Notes under the pieces: generated by a model | Told to the model about the DNA's origin: nothing | Database searches by the model: none | What the model saw: only the letters and a program-made list of their open reading frames with translations | Program-made: the position numbers and the translations under genes | Shown: one piece after another, positions 1 to 9,266 of the stretch | Layout: each line of letters begins with the position of its first letter | Position numbering within the stretch: the stretch's first letter is position 1 | Assembly (NCBI GenBank): GCA_963848965.1 | Contig: CAWKFG010000001.1 | Span: forward strand, 32,001-96,000 | Length of the DNA stretch: 64,000 bases | DNA from: an uncultured bacterium | GTDB lineage: Bacteria; Babelota; Babeliae; Babelales; Babelaceae | Direction: 5' to 3'

Positions 1-2
1 GC

Positions 3-1367
3 ATGAAAAAACTGTTATTTCTTATAAGCATTTTCTTTCTATCTACTGTAAATGCAGGAGGAGATAATCAGTATCTTCAATTAGAAGAGCCGTTAGTAGT
101 GTTCTCTCTTGTAAAGCAAGTGATTGAAAAACGTTCTCTTGCGCTTGATAAAATTGAAGAGCATCTCAAAACTCTTATTTCTAATTATATACAGCTTTAC
201 GAGCATTTAGGAGTGCTAGAAAAGGGCAATACATATAAGGAGAGTTCGTTATCTCCACGTTTAAAAGCCCTTTTGCAGAGTGTAGGACGTCTTATGAGGG
301 TATCATTGCATATAACAGAGCATACAAAATGGAATAGCATGCTTGATATTCTTAGAGAGCAAGATCAACGTATTAAGAATATTGAAGTCTGCATGTCTGA
401 GCTTGAAGCATTACAGAATGATATTCAGCAGAGACTTAAAGAGATACATAAAAAGGGTTCAAAGGTACCAAAGCTTGTTCATAAGAACACTATAGTAGGC
501 ATTCTGCTTGCACTTTATAACGCTAAAATGGACAAGCTTATTGCTTATTACGAAGATGATACTATTCGTATATGGGATCTTAAAACAGGTCAGTGGACAT
601 TTGGTTTAGGAAGTGCTTATAAACGTATTGTTTTTGATCTTTGTACGCATGGTAACACTAGTTCTGAATATATTGTGGGGTTATCAGAGAGCATTGAGTT
701 ATGGAATGAACGTGAACGTATTTGGAGATCAGAAAAATCTTTAGGGGACTGTTGTAGAGCGCTCTGTACAAGTCCTCATAACCCTAGTTTGCTGGTCTCA
801 GGACATGGTAATGGGGCTGTACGGTTGTGGGATATTCCATCAAGGCAATATATTGAAGATGCTGTGGTACATGATGACATGGTCTTCGCTTTATGTATAA
901 CACCTAAGAACTTTTTGGTAACGAGCACTCTTAGAGGGAAAATGAAAATAAAGCGTCTCGCACAAGATACAAGAGCATATGCTCTTGATATTGGCCATGA
1001 AATAGTATCGATACATTCTGACCCTTTAAATAGTGATCAGGTCCTCGTAGTAGGTGAGGGCATAGAACTGTGGGATATAGAGGCAAGAAAACGAGTAAGT
1101 GCTTTTGGTGTAGGAAATAAAATTACGAGTTGTGCTGTTAAAGAGTTTCCTTACCTCATTGCTACTGGTCAAGAAAACGGAGTTATCAAACTATGGAATG
1201 GGGTAACTGAAAAGTGCCTTTCCCGTATTGAGGCTCATACAGGTCCTCTCATTAACCTTGCTTTTAGAGGAGAAAATCAGCTTATTTCAGCTGGTGAAGA
1301 TGGTACTATTAAGCTCTGGCAGCTAAAAGATGATGAATGGTTACTTCTTCAAGTATTAGTGCCATAA
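3..1367 (+). CDS. Secreted WD40-repeat protein with N-terminal coiled-coil region
   Basis: Signal peptide MKKLLFLISIFFLSTVNA; heptad-like stretch around aa 115-150; WD repeats (DDTIRIWDL, GAVRLWDI, IELWDI, GVIKLWN, AHTGPL...DGTIKLWQL). Confidence 0.85.
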   Translation: MKKLLFLISIFFLSTVNAGGDNQYLQLEEPLVVFSLVKQVIEKRSLALDKIEEHLKTLISNYIQLYEHLGVLEKGNTYKESSLSPRLKALLQSVGRLMRVSLHITEHTKWNSMLDILREQDQRIKNIEVCMSELEALQNDIQQRLKEIHKKGSKVPKLVHKNTIVGILLALYNAKMDKLIAYYEDDTIRIWDLKTGQWTFGLGSAYKRIVFDLCTHGNTSSEYIVGLSESIELWNERERIWRSEKSLGDCCRALCTSPHNPSLLVSGHGNGAVRLWDIPSRQYIEDAVVHDDMVFALCITPKNFLVTSTLRGKMKIKRLAQDTRAYALDIGHEIVSIHSDPLNSDQVLVVGEGIELWDIEARKRVSAFGVGNKITSCAVKEFPYLIATGQENGVIKLWNGVTEKCLSRIEAHTGPLINLAFRGENQLISAGEDGTIKLWQLKDDEWLLLQVLVP

Positions 1368-1557
1368 TTTGAGACTAAGAGCTTTCTAAGGGGCGTTTGC
1401 TTTTAGAGCTCATTTTTTTTAAAATGCCTATAAGTGAAACTCTAGCATAACGTATGAGATTTTGCTTATCTTATTATAATACTCGTTAACTCGAGGGCGT
1501 TATCCGAAAACGTGTTTGGGCTGAAATTGTTAAAGAATTAAGAATAAAGGAGGTCCC

Positions 1558-2472
1558 ATGATTAAGATAGTGCTCATGCATATGTTTAATGCGTCTACTT
1601 TTTCATTTAATAAGCTTCTTTTAAATGTACTGCCGCCATTTTTCTTGGCTGGTATAAGTGCATTAGGAGGTAGTATTCTTTTATTGAGTTCTCTCTATTA
1701 TAAAGGTACATTGGGCAGCGTGCTTAATCGTCGTATGCTCTTTGTCATTGTACCTTTAGCGCTCTGTATAACATACGCAGCAGGAATGCTTAAATTTTAT
1801 GCGCTTTCATGCTTAAGTTCATTTCATGTCGCTTTCTTTTCTGCATTAGATCCATTTTTGACAGCTCTTTTGTGTTATACACTACGAGGACAGCGATTAA
1901 CGAGCTTACAAATTATAGGCATTATACTGGCAAGCGTAGGATCATTACCTCTCTTTTTAAATAGTGCTTCACAATATACAGCTGAAGGATTGCATACAGG
2001 TTTTCCTCTTTTGCCGTTGTTAGCAGCGCTAGGATATATTATTATTAATCGGTACGGCTGGATTCGTATGACTGAAGTTGCAGCATCAGGAAACTATTCA
2101 GTATCGCAAATTGTCTCTCTTATGACCTTTATAGGTGCACTGTTTTCATTGGGTACTTCAGCAGTTACAGAACTGTATTGTACTTCATTTTCATGTCTCT
2201 TTTCTTTTTCTTTGCTAGGTATGTTAGGATATGTTATGGTAATAAGTACCCTTGTGTGTTCTCAGGCATATACAAGTTTGCTTAAAGACTATAGTGTGAC
2301 ATTTTTATCGTTGACTGAATTTTTGACACCACTTTTTGTTGCATTGTATGGATGGCTCTTTTTGCACGAAAGGGTAACATGGCATTTTTTTGTTTCTGCT
2401 CTCTTGGTTATCGTAGGTCTCTTTATTTTTTCGGTACCTACTTTATTTCATAAGAGGGTGAAAGAATATTAA
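1558..2472 (+). CDS. DMT/EamA family transporter
   Basis: About 10 hydrophobic segments, two EamA halves (PFLTALL, PLFVALYGWLFLHERV); strong RBS AAGGAGG upstream. Confidence 0.85.
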   Translation: MIKIVLMHMFNASTFSFNKLLLNVLPPFFLAGISALGGSILLLSSLYYKGTLGSVLNRRMLFVIVPLALCITYAAGMLKFYALSCLSSFHVAFFSALDPFLTALLCYTLRGQRLTSLQIIGIILASVGSLPLFLNSASQYTAEGLHTGFPLLPLLAALGYIIINRYGWIRMTEVAASGNYSVSQIVSLMTFIGALFSLGTSAVTELYCTSFSCLFSFSLLGMLGYVMVISTLVCSQAYTSLLKDYSVTFLSLTEFLTPLFVALYGWLFLHERVTWHFFVSALLVIVGLFIFSVPTLFHKRVKEY

Positions 2473-2489
2473 CAAGAAAGTTAACACAT

Positions 2490-2945
2490 ATGTATAGTAA
2501 ACCTAAAAATATTATTTTTGACTTGGGAGGAGTCCTTTTTGAGCAATTGACCCCTGCTGGTTATTATAGTGAAAAGGCTTATAAGCCGCTCCCTTCTGGT
2601 ATAGCTTTACTGCATGACTGCTATGAAAAGAAGAAAGAGGAATGCAAATTTTTTATTTGCTCAAATTGGGGTGAACGTGCTCTTGATATTTTAAAAAAGG
2701 AATATCCAGAGATTCTTGCAATTTTTCAAGGGGTTGTTACACCTACAATGGCTCAAGCAAAAAAGCCAGACCCAAAAATTTTTAAATACCTTATGAATAC
2801 CTATAATTTACAAGCTCATGAGTGTATTTTTATAGATGATCAGGAACCTAATGTAAAAACAGCTGAATTTTTAGGTATGAAAGGAATCCATGTAACAGAT
2901 TTCACGACTGTTACTGCTAAACTTAAGAAGCTGCTTTCTGTATAA
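2490..2945 (+). CDS. HAD-family hydrolase/phosphatase
   Basis: IIFDLGGVL motif I, CSN motif II, KPDPKIF, FIDD motif IV. Confidence 0.9.
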   Translation: MYSKPKNIIFDLGGVLFEQLTPAGYYSEKAYKPLPSGIALLHDCYEKKKEECKFFICSNWGERALDILKKEYPEILAIFQGVVTPTMAQAKKPDPKIFKYLMNTYNLQAHECIFIDDQEPNVKTAEFLGMKGIHVTDFTTVTAKLKKLLSV

Positions 2946-2958
2946 AAGGAGAAAAACA

Positions 2959-3969
2959 GTGCGCCTGTTAAAGATTCTTGTGGGTCTTATACTTATTCTT
3001 TCACCATCTTTGTATGGAACATCAGTAACTGGGTTGCCTTGTGTAGAGCATTATGAAGAAGTGACTGCAGTGCTGAAAAAGTACAAACGACCAGTAACGG
3101 TCCTAGAAATAGGACAAGCGTCGAGCAACTATACTTTTGCTCTTGCTAGTGAGTTTAAAACTGCCTTTTGTACATCATTAAGCTTTGAATATGCAGATTA
3201 TATAGCATCATTAGCTGCTCGCCGTGGCTCTACAAACATCTGTGTGCTTGCACCTTTTCATAAAAGTCATGCTCTGTATGATGCTCTCTTCCGACCGCAA
3301 TATCTTTCAAAGACAAATATATGCCGTGCACTCAGTCGTTGCGAGCATTTTGATATAGCCATTATTCATGATGTAGACATACTTTTCAAAAATACCGCAG
3401 AGATAATCAATGTACTTGTAAAATTGGCAGAGTTTGTTTTTTTTGAAGTACGTTCTCAAAAAGTAGCAAATCGAATAGCTAGTTCTCAAATACAGCTCGT
3501 GTGCAAATCTTGTGCGGGTGCTCTTCTTGTAAGTCATGACCTGCGTGACTCATTAGATATTGCTCGTTATACACAATGGCGTCGACGCAAGCCTCTTGAG
3601 CCAAAGTATCATATTGAAAGTTCATTTACTCAGAAACTCTTTTATAAAGAAAAGAGACAAGAAGCTGTTACCTGGGTTCCTGGTATAAATTTAATTACGT
3701 TCGTTATGTTGCGAGGGCTCTATCCTACTGATAGCATGATGAAGACCCAGCTAGCTTCACTAAAACAGAATATACCTCATCATAATGATTTAGTGCTCGG
3801 TAATATTGTTGTGCAAGGAACAAAGCTGGTTCCTATTGATTTTAATGATAAGCGGCGAGATGCTAATATGGACGATTGTATTAATGCAGCTCTTAAAGTA
3901 TTTAATAGTGATAAGACTCGTTTAAGAAATCCTGAAAAATGGATAAACGCCTATTATGATGCTCTATAA
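2959..3969 (+). CDS. Secreted protein with degenerate SAM-methyltransferase-like N-half and kinase-like C-terminus (WbdD-like architecture)
   Basis: Signal peptide; RPVTVLEIG resembles class I methyltransferase motif I; HNDLVLGNIV...IDF resembles a kinase catalytic loop and DFG-type motif. Confidence 0.55.
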   Translation: MRLLKILVGLILILSPSLYGTSVTGLPCVEHYEEVTAVLKKYKRPVTVLEIGQASSNYTFALASEFKTAFCTSLSFEYADYIASLAARRGSTNICVLAPFHKSHALYDALFRPQYLSKTNICRALSRCEHFDIAIIHDVDILFKNTAEIINVLVKLAEFVFFEVRSQKVANRIASSQIQLVCKSCAGALLVSHDLRDSLDIARYTQWRRRKPLEPKYHIESSFTQKLFYKEKRQEAVTWVPGINLITFVMLRGLYPTDSMMKTQLASLKQNIPHHNDLVLGNIVVQGTKLVPIDFNDKRRDANMDDCINAALKVFNSDKTRLRNPEKWINAYYDAL

Positions 3970-3973
3970 AGTT

Positions 3974-3995
3974 GGAGAATGCATATGCATTCTCC
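3974..3995. terminator. Perfect 22-bp palindrome, probable bidirectional terminator
   Basis: GGAGAATGCATATGCATTCTCC between convergent genes. Confidence 0.6.
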
Positions 3996-4043
3996 TCAAG
4001 TGATATGCCGCACAACCACTGTTAGAGTTAACTTTGAGTAAGA

Positions 4044-4205
4044 TTAAAGAACATCCGTGTTACACGATGACTTTTTCTGCTTTTGATGATCTTTATCGTA
4101 CTGTGCTTTTTGTTCCCATGATTCATCTTCTACATTTACAAGACTTAACAAATTTGATGAAGTACATATGATAAGAAGCACTAAAAATGTAAGTTTTATG
4201 TACAT
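4044..4205 (-). CDS. Small (53 aa) putative secreted protein, not in the ORF track
   Basis: MYIKLTFLVLLIICTSSNLLSLVNVEDESWEQKAQYDKDHQKQKKSSCNTDVL; AAAGGAAAG upstream; signal-peptide-like N-terminus. Confidence 0.5.
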   Translation of the reverse strand: MYIKLTFLVLLIICTSSNLLSLVNVEDESWEQKAQYDKDHQKQKKSSCNTDVL

Positions 4206-4404
4206 AGCTTTCCTTTTTTACTTTTTCTCCTGTTTATAACCATAACAAAGTTAAGAGCAGAAAGTAAATATTTTTTAATAGTAAATTTTATAAAACAACT
4301 AGAGGAAGCTTGCGCAATAAATTAATGATTGAATTATCTTTTTAATCTGCTATAGTAAAAGAGTAATTGGAGCTCTAGTAGCACACATTGAAGGAACTAC
4401 TCGT

Positions 4405-6267
4405 ATGATTCAACTTCGTACAATATCTTTATCATTAGGTACCCAAGAAATTTTTAAAAATCTTTCTTTAGGTATTGGTGCTGGGCAGCGTATAGGAGTT
4501 CTTGGCAGAAATGGGGCAGGTAAATCTACATTACTTAAGGCAATTGCAGGACAGATCCCTCTTGATGGTGGAGAGATAGCTTTTGAGAAGGGCAAGAAGC
4601 TTGCTTATATGCCACAAGAGATTGTGGTGCTTTCAGAAAAAACTGTTTTTGATGAAGCTTTTTCTGTTTTTGAGCAGTTTACTATTTTAAAAAGGCGTAA
4701 AGAAGAGCTTGAACAGACGTTTGATGCTTCTGGAGCCCAAGAAGCTAGTCTTGATGAATACCTTAAAGTGCAGCAAGAGCTAGGGACATTTGATTTTTCT
4801 GCAGCTCAAGCACGTACTGAAAGAATTCTTACTGGTCTTGGTTTTAAACGTTCTTTATGGCAACAACCAGTAACTGCTTTAAGTGTTGGATGGAAAATGC
4901 GCCTTGTACTTGCTAAGTTGCTGCTCGAGGAGGCAGACTTTTACCTGTTTGATGAGCCTACAAACCACTTAGATTTGGTAGCACAAGAATGGTTTTTTGA
5001 TTTTTTAAAGAATGGTCGCTTTGGTTTTTTACTCGTAACGCACGATCGGTATTATTTAGATCATGGCTGTGATGCGATAGTTGAACTTGAGCGAGGAAAA
5101 GCACTTTTCTTTCATGGTAACTATACGCAATTTAAAAGTTTTAAAGAACAGCAGCAAAAAATGGTCCATGCTGCCTATGAACGGCAGCAAAAAGAGATAG
5201 CTCGCAAACAAGAGACGATTGATCGTTTTAAAGCAAAAGCTTCAAAGGCTCGAATGGCTCAAAGTATGATCAAGCAACTTGAAAAAATTGAGCGTATCGA
5301 AATAGAGCCTGCAGCTTCTACTATTAAACTCTCGTTTCCTCCAACAGCGCGTTCAGGAATGGTAGTACTAAAACTTGAGAATATAAAACATGCTTTTGAT
5401 AATAAAGCAATTTTTGAGACAGTATCTGCAGAAATTCAGCGTGGCGAAAAAGTAGGGCTCGTAGCTCCTAATGGAACTGGTAAAACTACGCTGTTTAATC
5501 TTATTACTGGAAAATATACGCTACAAAAGGGTAAAGTATCGTTTGGCCATAATGTTTTTCATACAGTGTTTGAGCAGGATCAAATGCGTGCATTAACTGC
5601 CAATAATACTATTTATGAAGAAATACTTTCTGCTTGTCCTACTATTAGTGAATCTGTTATTAGAAGTTTTCTGGGCTCGTTTCTTTTTAGTGGAGATACT
5701 ATTGAGAAAAAGATCTCGGTGCTCAGTGGAGGAGAGCGCAATCGCGTTGCTATGGTAAAGGTTCTTTTACAAAAAGCGAATCTTCTCCTTCTTGATGAGC
5801 CTACTAACCACTTGGATCTTTATGCAAAAGAGGTCCTTTTGCAAGCACTTCAAGAGTATGATGGTACTATGCTGTTAGTATGCCATGATCATGACTTTTT
5901 AAATAAAGTAGCAACACGAATCTTAGAATTAACTCCTACAGGACTTTATAGCTATCCAGGAAACTATGAATCATATCTTGAGCAAAAGCGAAATCAAATA
6001 CCTGTACAATCACAACAAAAAGTACAGAAGGTGCAAGAAAAGCCTGTATTGCAGGGCAAAGAGCTTTTTACTCTAAGAAAAGAGGTAACTTCTCTTGAAT
6101 CAAAAATAGAGAAGCTTGAAACTGAAGTAAGCTCTCTTAATAATCTTTTTTTAGAATGTTCATATGGAACACCTGCTTATAATGATGCTATGAATAAACT
6201 ACAAACAGCTCAAAAAAGCCTTGAAGATACAATGAGACGTTGGGAAGAGCTCCAATGCAAACTCTAA
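4405..6267 (+). CDS. ABC-F family ATP-binding protein
   Basis: Two ABC domains (GRNGAGKS, LSVGW, DEPTNHLD; APNGTGKT, LSGGE, DEPTNHLD), inter-domain linker, C-terminal coiled coil, no transmembrane segments. Confidence 0.95.
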   Translation: MIQLRTISLSLGTQEIFKNLSLGIGAGQRIGVLGRNGAGKSTLLKAIAGQIPLDGGEIAFEKGKKLAYMPQEIVVLSEKTVFDEAFSVFEQFTILKRRKEELEQTFDASGAQEASLDEYLKVQQELGTFDFSAAQARTERILTGLGFKRSLWQQPVTALSVGWKMRLVLAKLLLEEADFYLFDEPTNHLDLVAQEWFFDFLKNGRFGFLLVTHDRYYLDHGCDAIVELERGKALFFHGNYTQFKSFKEQQQKMVHAAYERQQKEIARKQETIDRFKAKASKARMAQSMIKQLEKIERIEIEPAASTIKLSFPPTARSGMVVLKLENIKHAFDNKAIFETVSAEIQRGEKVGLVAPNGTGKTTLFNLITGKYTLQKGKVSFGHNVFHTVFEQDQMRALTANNTIYEEILSACPTISESVIRSFLGSFLFSGDTIEKKISVLSGGERNRVAMVKVLLQKANLLLLDEPTNHLDLYAKEVLLQALQEYDGTMLLVCHDHDFLNKVATRILELTPTGLYSYPGNYESYLEQKRNQIPVQSQQKVQKVQEKPVLQGKELFTLRKEVTSLESKIEKLETEVSSLNNLFLECSYGTPAYNDAMNKLQTAQKSLEDTMRRWEELQCKL

Positions 6268-7163
6268 ACTTTTATAGAGCTTTTTCTTGTCAGATCGTCA
6301 TAGTAGTATAACGAGAGTCCCATGACAACCATACAAAATGAAATGATATAGTTCCAGGAAATGTGTTCACCAAGAAGCATATAGCCATAGAAAGCTGCAC
6401 ATAGTGGGCTTAAAAATCCAGCAAATGCCATAAAAGTAGGGCTATAATAAGTAAGTAAATAAGCTTGTAAGTTCAAGCAGATAAAGTTACTAATAAGTAT
6501 TTGAGCTCCTACAAGAAGAAAGAACGTAAATGCATTGCCAAATAAAGGATTGGGTTCAACCGCAAGTGAAAGGCCAAATGAGAGGCCACCACCTAAGAGC
6601 ATGCTGATACCATTGGCAAGCATAGGATGACAACCACGATGTTTTACAAGTTTCTGAGTAGCAATAAGGTTGTATCCAAAAGAAGCAACTGAGCCGAGTG
6701 TGGCAAGTTCAGCAAGTGAGAAAAATGCTATGCCTCCTCGAATATTTTCAAGCGTAGAGCCTGTAAGCAATGTAGGAACCATACCAGTAAAACCTAACAG
6801 AAGTCCCATTGCTTTTTGATACGAAAGCCGCTCTTTATTAAGAAAATAAGCAAAAAGAGCAGTAAAAAAGGGCATAAGCGTAAATAAGAATGCTGCTTTT
6901 GTAGATGAAATGTATTGAAGGCCCCAAGCACGTAAGGTATAAGGAATAAAGATACCAAAAAGTGCGATTTGTGCGTAGTAATACCAGTCTTTAAATGAGA
7001 AAGAACAGTTCAATTTGCTTAAGACTATATAACTCAGTAACCCTGCGCTTCCTATAAGCATACGCAGTCCTACAATAAAAAAGGGTTTAGCATAAAAGAG
7101 AGTAACTTTACCAAGTGTGAATGTTAAACCAAAAAGGGCATAGAGTATAAAGACTAAAATCAT
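6264..7163 (-). CDS. DMT/EamA family transporter
   Basis: About 10 TM segments; EamA motifs (PFFTALFAY, PLCAAFYGYMLLGE); start re-assigned to MILVF at 7163. Confidence 0.88.
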   Translation of the reverse strand: MILVFILYALFGLTFTLGKVTLFYAKPFFIVGLRMLIGSAGLLSYIVLSKLNCSFSFKDWYYYAQIALFGIFIPYTLRAWGLQYISSTKAAFLFTLMPFFTALFAYFLNKERLSYQKAMGLLLGFTGMVPTLLTGSTLENIRGGIAFFSLAELATLGSVASFGYNLIATQKLVKHRGCHPMLANGISMLLGGGLSFGLSLAVEPNPLFGNAFTFFLLVGAQILISNFICLNLQAYLLTYYSPTFMAFAGFLSPLCAAFYGYMLLGEHISWNYIISFCMVVMGLSLYYYDDLTRKSSIKV

Positions 7164-7257
7164 AACGAAACCAATGATGTTTAAACAATGTGTAAAAGAA
7201 CAAAATGCTTTATCATAGTATAGCAAAATTCATGAAAAATATCTTTTGTTTAATTCA

Positions 7258-7286
7258 TTGACATTTAGTCCAATATATTGGAAAAT
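7258..7286 (+). promoter_or_regulatory. TA operon promoter with palindromic operator
   Basis: TTGACA at 7258-7263; perfect palindrome TCCAATATATTGGA at 7269-7282 covers the spacer and reaches the -10 region. Confidence 0.6.
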
Positions 7287-7292
7287 AAAGAT

Positions 7293-7603
7293 ATGATTAG
7301 AATTATAAGAAAAACCTATAAGCTCTATAGAAGTCTAGATTATAACGACTGGTATAATTCTCAAGACACAGCAGCAAAACAGAACGTTTGCTGAAGATAG
7401 AACTTGAGGGATATTTTGGTGACCATAAACCAGTTACTGAGTTTATTTGGGAACTTAAATGGATAAATGGTAGAAGAATTTATTATGCCTATATAGCTGA
7501 ATTAGATATATTACTTCTTCTCGGAGGAAATAAAAATGGCCAAAGCAAAGACATCACCAAAGCAAAAAACATCTTCAAAAAATATTTTAACTCTCAAACC
7601 TAA
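7293..7603 (+). pseudogene. RelE/ParE (HigB-like) addiction-module toxin, frameshifted near 7380
   Basis: MIRIIRKTYKLYRSLDYNDWYNSQDTAAKQ in one frame continues as ERLLKIELEGYFGDHK...WELKWINGRRIYY...LLLLGGNKNGQSKDI in another. Confidence 0.75.
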
Positions 7604-7880
7604 TGCTCCTGCTTTGATTCCTTATAGTCCAACTGAAGAGATATTAAAAGATGACTTGATTGGTAAGGTTATAGTAGAATGCCTAAAAAACAACGATCCC
7701 GAAGGTGTCATGGATGCTATATCGCTTTATTTGGAGACTGTAAACAAAGTTAAGGCTATAGAGCAAGCATCTATTCCTAGGTCTACTCTTTATCACAGTC
7801 TAAAGAGCAGAAATCCTACTGTGAGAACGTTAGCTAAATTGGTATCACTCGGCGCCAATGAAGCGAGAAAAGTAAAATAG
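7536..7880 (+). CDS. Addiction-module antidote (HTH, HigA-like antitoxin)
   Basis: Overlaps toxin 3' end; HTH-like IPRSTLYHSLKSRNPTVRTLAK. Confidence 0.8.
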   Translation: MAKAKTSPKQKTSSKNILTLKPNAPALIPYSPTEEILKDDLIGKVIVECLKNNDPEGVMDAISLYLETVNKVKAIEQASIPRSTLYHSLKSRNPTVRTLAKLVSLGANEARKVK

Positions 7881-7958
7881 AGCATCATAGAGAAACCGAG
7901 CGGCATCCTTGTCTTGATGGCAAATTTTTTCTAAACTACTCTCTGTCAGGAGGTAGTT

Positions 7959-9266
7959 ATGCTTTTAAAATATTTTTTGTTAAGCTGTCTCATAGTCTCT
8001 TTTTTTTTAACTCATACTGCTGCTGATTGGACTATTTTTATCTATAGTGAAGCTGAAGGTATGGCGGATGCTGCATTACAGCATCTTACTGCTTTGGCTT
8101 CTGGATATAAAGTATGTACTACTTCAAAAGTAAATGTACTTGTACAAGTACATACTTCGGGGCCTACTGCATGGCGCTATGAGATACAAGAAAAAAGTAT
8201 TCGTACTCTAGAAGAAGTTGAGATAAGTACAAACTGTGCTCGAGACTTTCAAGAAGCTCTTACCTGGGCTTTTAAGAACTATCCTGCAAAGCAGCGTGCA
8301 TTGATACTCTCTGGTCATGGCTTTGGAGTAGTAGAGCCATTATGGAATGAATCTTGCAAGCAATGGTATCATCCTTATGAAGAGAAAGAATCTAATAGTA
8401 TTCATAAAGAGCTTTTAGACATTATTGAACAACATGCAGATCATAAGTATTTTTTGCCACGTGCGGGTTTAAATACGCTTCTCACAATACAAGATCTGTC
8501 GAGTGTCTTAAAAAAAGTAGTTGAATCTGCGTGTGATGGTAAGCAGTTTGAGATTATAGGACTTGATGCTTGTGGTATGGGTATGATTGAAGTGATGTAT
8601 GCTCTTGCTCCCTATACTCGTTATTGTATAGCATCACAGGAATGTGAAAGTACACAAGGGTGGGATTATAAAGCTCTTATTGAAAGCTTTCAAAATACTT
8701 ATGAACCATATCAGAGTGCTAGGAGTATTGTCTACTCATATAAGGCCTATTATAAAAATAAAAACGCTTCTCGATTTACGCTGTCAGCAATTGATCTTTC
8801 TTCTCTATCAAAAATTAAAGAGCATATAGATTACCTTACATCGCTCCTTATATCTGTACAAGAACAATATAAAGAGCGCTTTAATGCTGTTGTACTAAAA
8901 GCGCGAAAGAGAGGGCCTAAATTTTGCTGCGCGCCTTTTTATAAAGATATTTATGCTTTTTATGAAGCTCTTGCGCAAGAATTAGAAAACTTTGAATATA
9001 CAGAAAGCATAAGTAAACTTAAGCAGGCATTAGTACAGGGTATGCTTCTTTTAGACCAAGCTATTATTGCCAGTGCTTCAAGTACTTCTTTACATACCGC
9101 TCATGGTCTTTCGCTCTACTTTCCTCTTACTTTTCATCACTCATATATAAAAACTCTTTTTGCTCAAGAAAGTCTTTGGACAGAGTTTATAAAAAACTTA
9201 CAGAGCAATTCGTTGTGTAGAGAGAGTAGTTCGGCATCGTTGGTATTGCTGGAGGGGACTACGTAG
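7959..9266 (+). CDS. Secreted clostripain-like (C11) cysteine peptidase
   Basis: Signal peptide; WTIFIY, YPAKQRALILSGHG (catalytic His), GLDACGMGMIEV (catalytic Cys), IASQE, GWDY, GLSLYFP. Confidence 0.85.
   Translation: MLLKYFLLSCLIVSFFLTHTAADWTIFIYSEAEGMADAALQHLTALASGYKVCTTSKVNVLVQVHTSGPTAWRYEIQEKSIRTLEEVEISTNCARDFQEALTWAFKNYPAKQRALILSGHGFGVVEPLWNESCKQWYHPYEEKESNSIHKELLDIIEQHADHKYFLPRAGLNTLLTIQDLSSVLKKVVESACDGKQFEIIGLDACGMGMIEVMYALAPYTRYCIASQECESTQGWDYKALIESFQNTYEPYQSARSIVYSYKAYYKNKNASRFTLSAIDLSSLSKIKEHIDYLTSLLISVQEQYKERFNAVVLKARKRGPKFCCAPFYKDIYAFYEALAQELENFEYTESISKLKQALVQGMLLLDQAIIASASSTSLHTAHGLSLYFPLTFHHSYIKTLFAQESLWTEFIKNLQSNSLCRESSSASLVLLEGTT

Noticed and set aside
1480..1545. Possible riboswitch in the leader of the EamA transporter (GAGGGCG...GGCTGAAA looks faintly TPP-like)
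   Set aside because: Lacks the conserved TPP core (CTGAGA, ACCCG, AACCTGA) and any purine or SAM riboswitch signature
7200..7930. Flanking repeats around the HigBA-like module, analogous to the vapBC cassette
   Set aside because: Only a 7-bp match (ATCATAG) was found, which is expected by chance in AT-rich DNA
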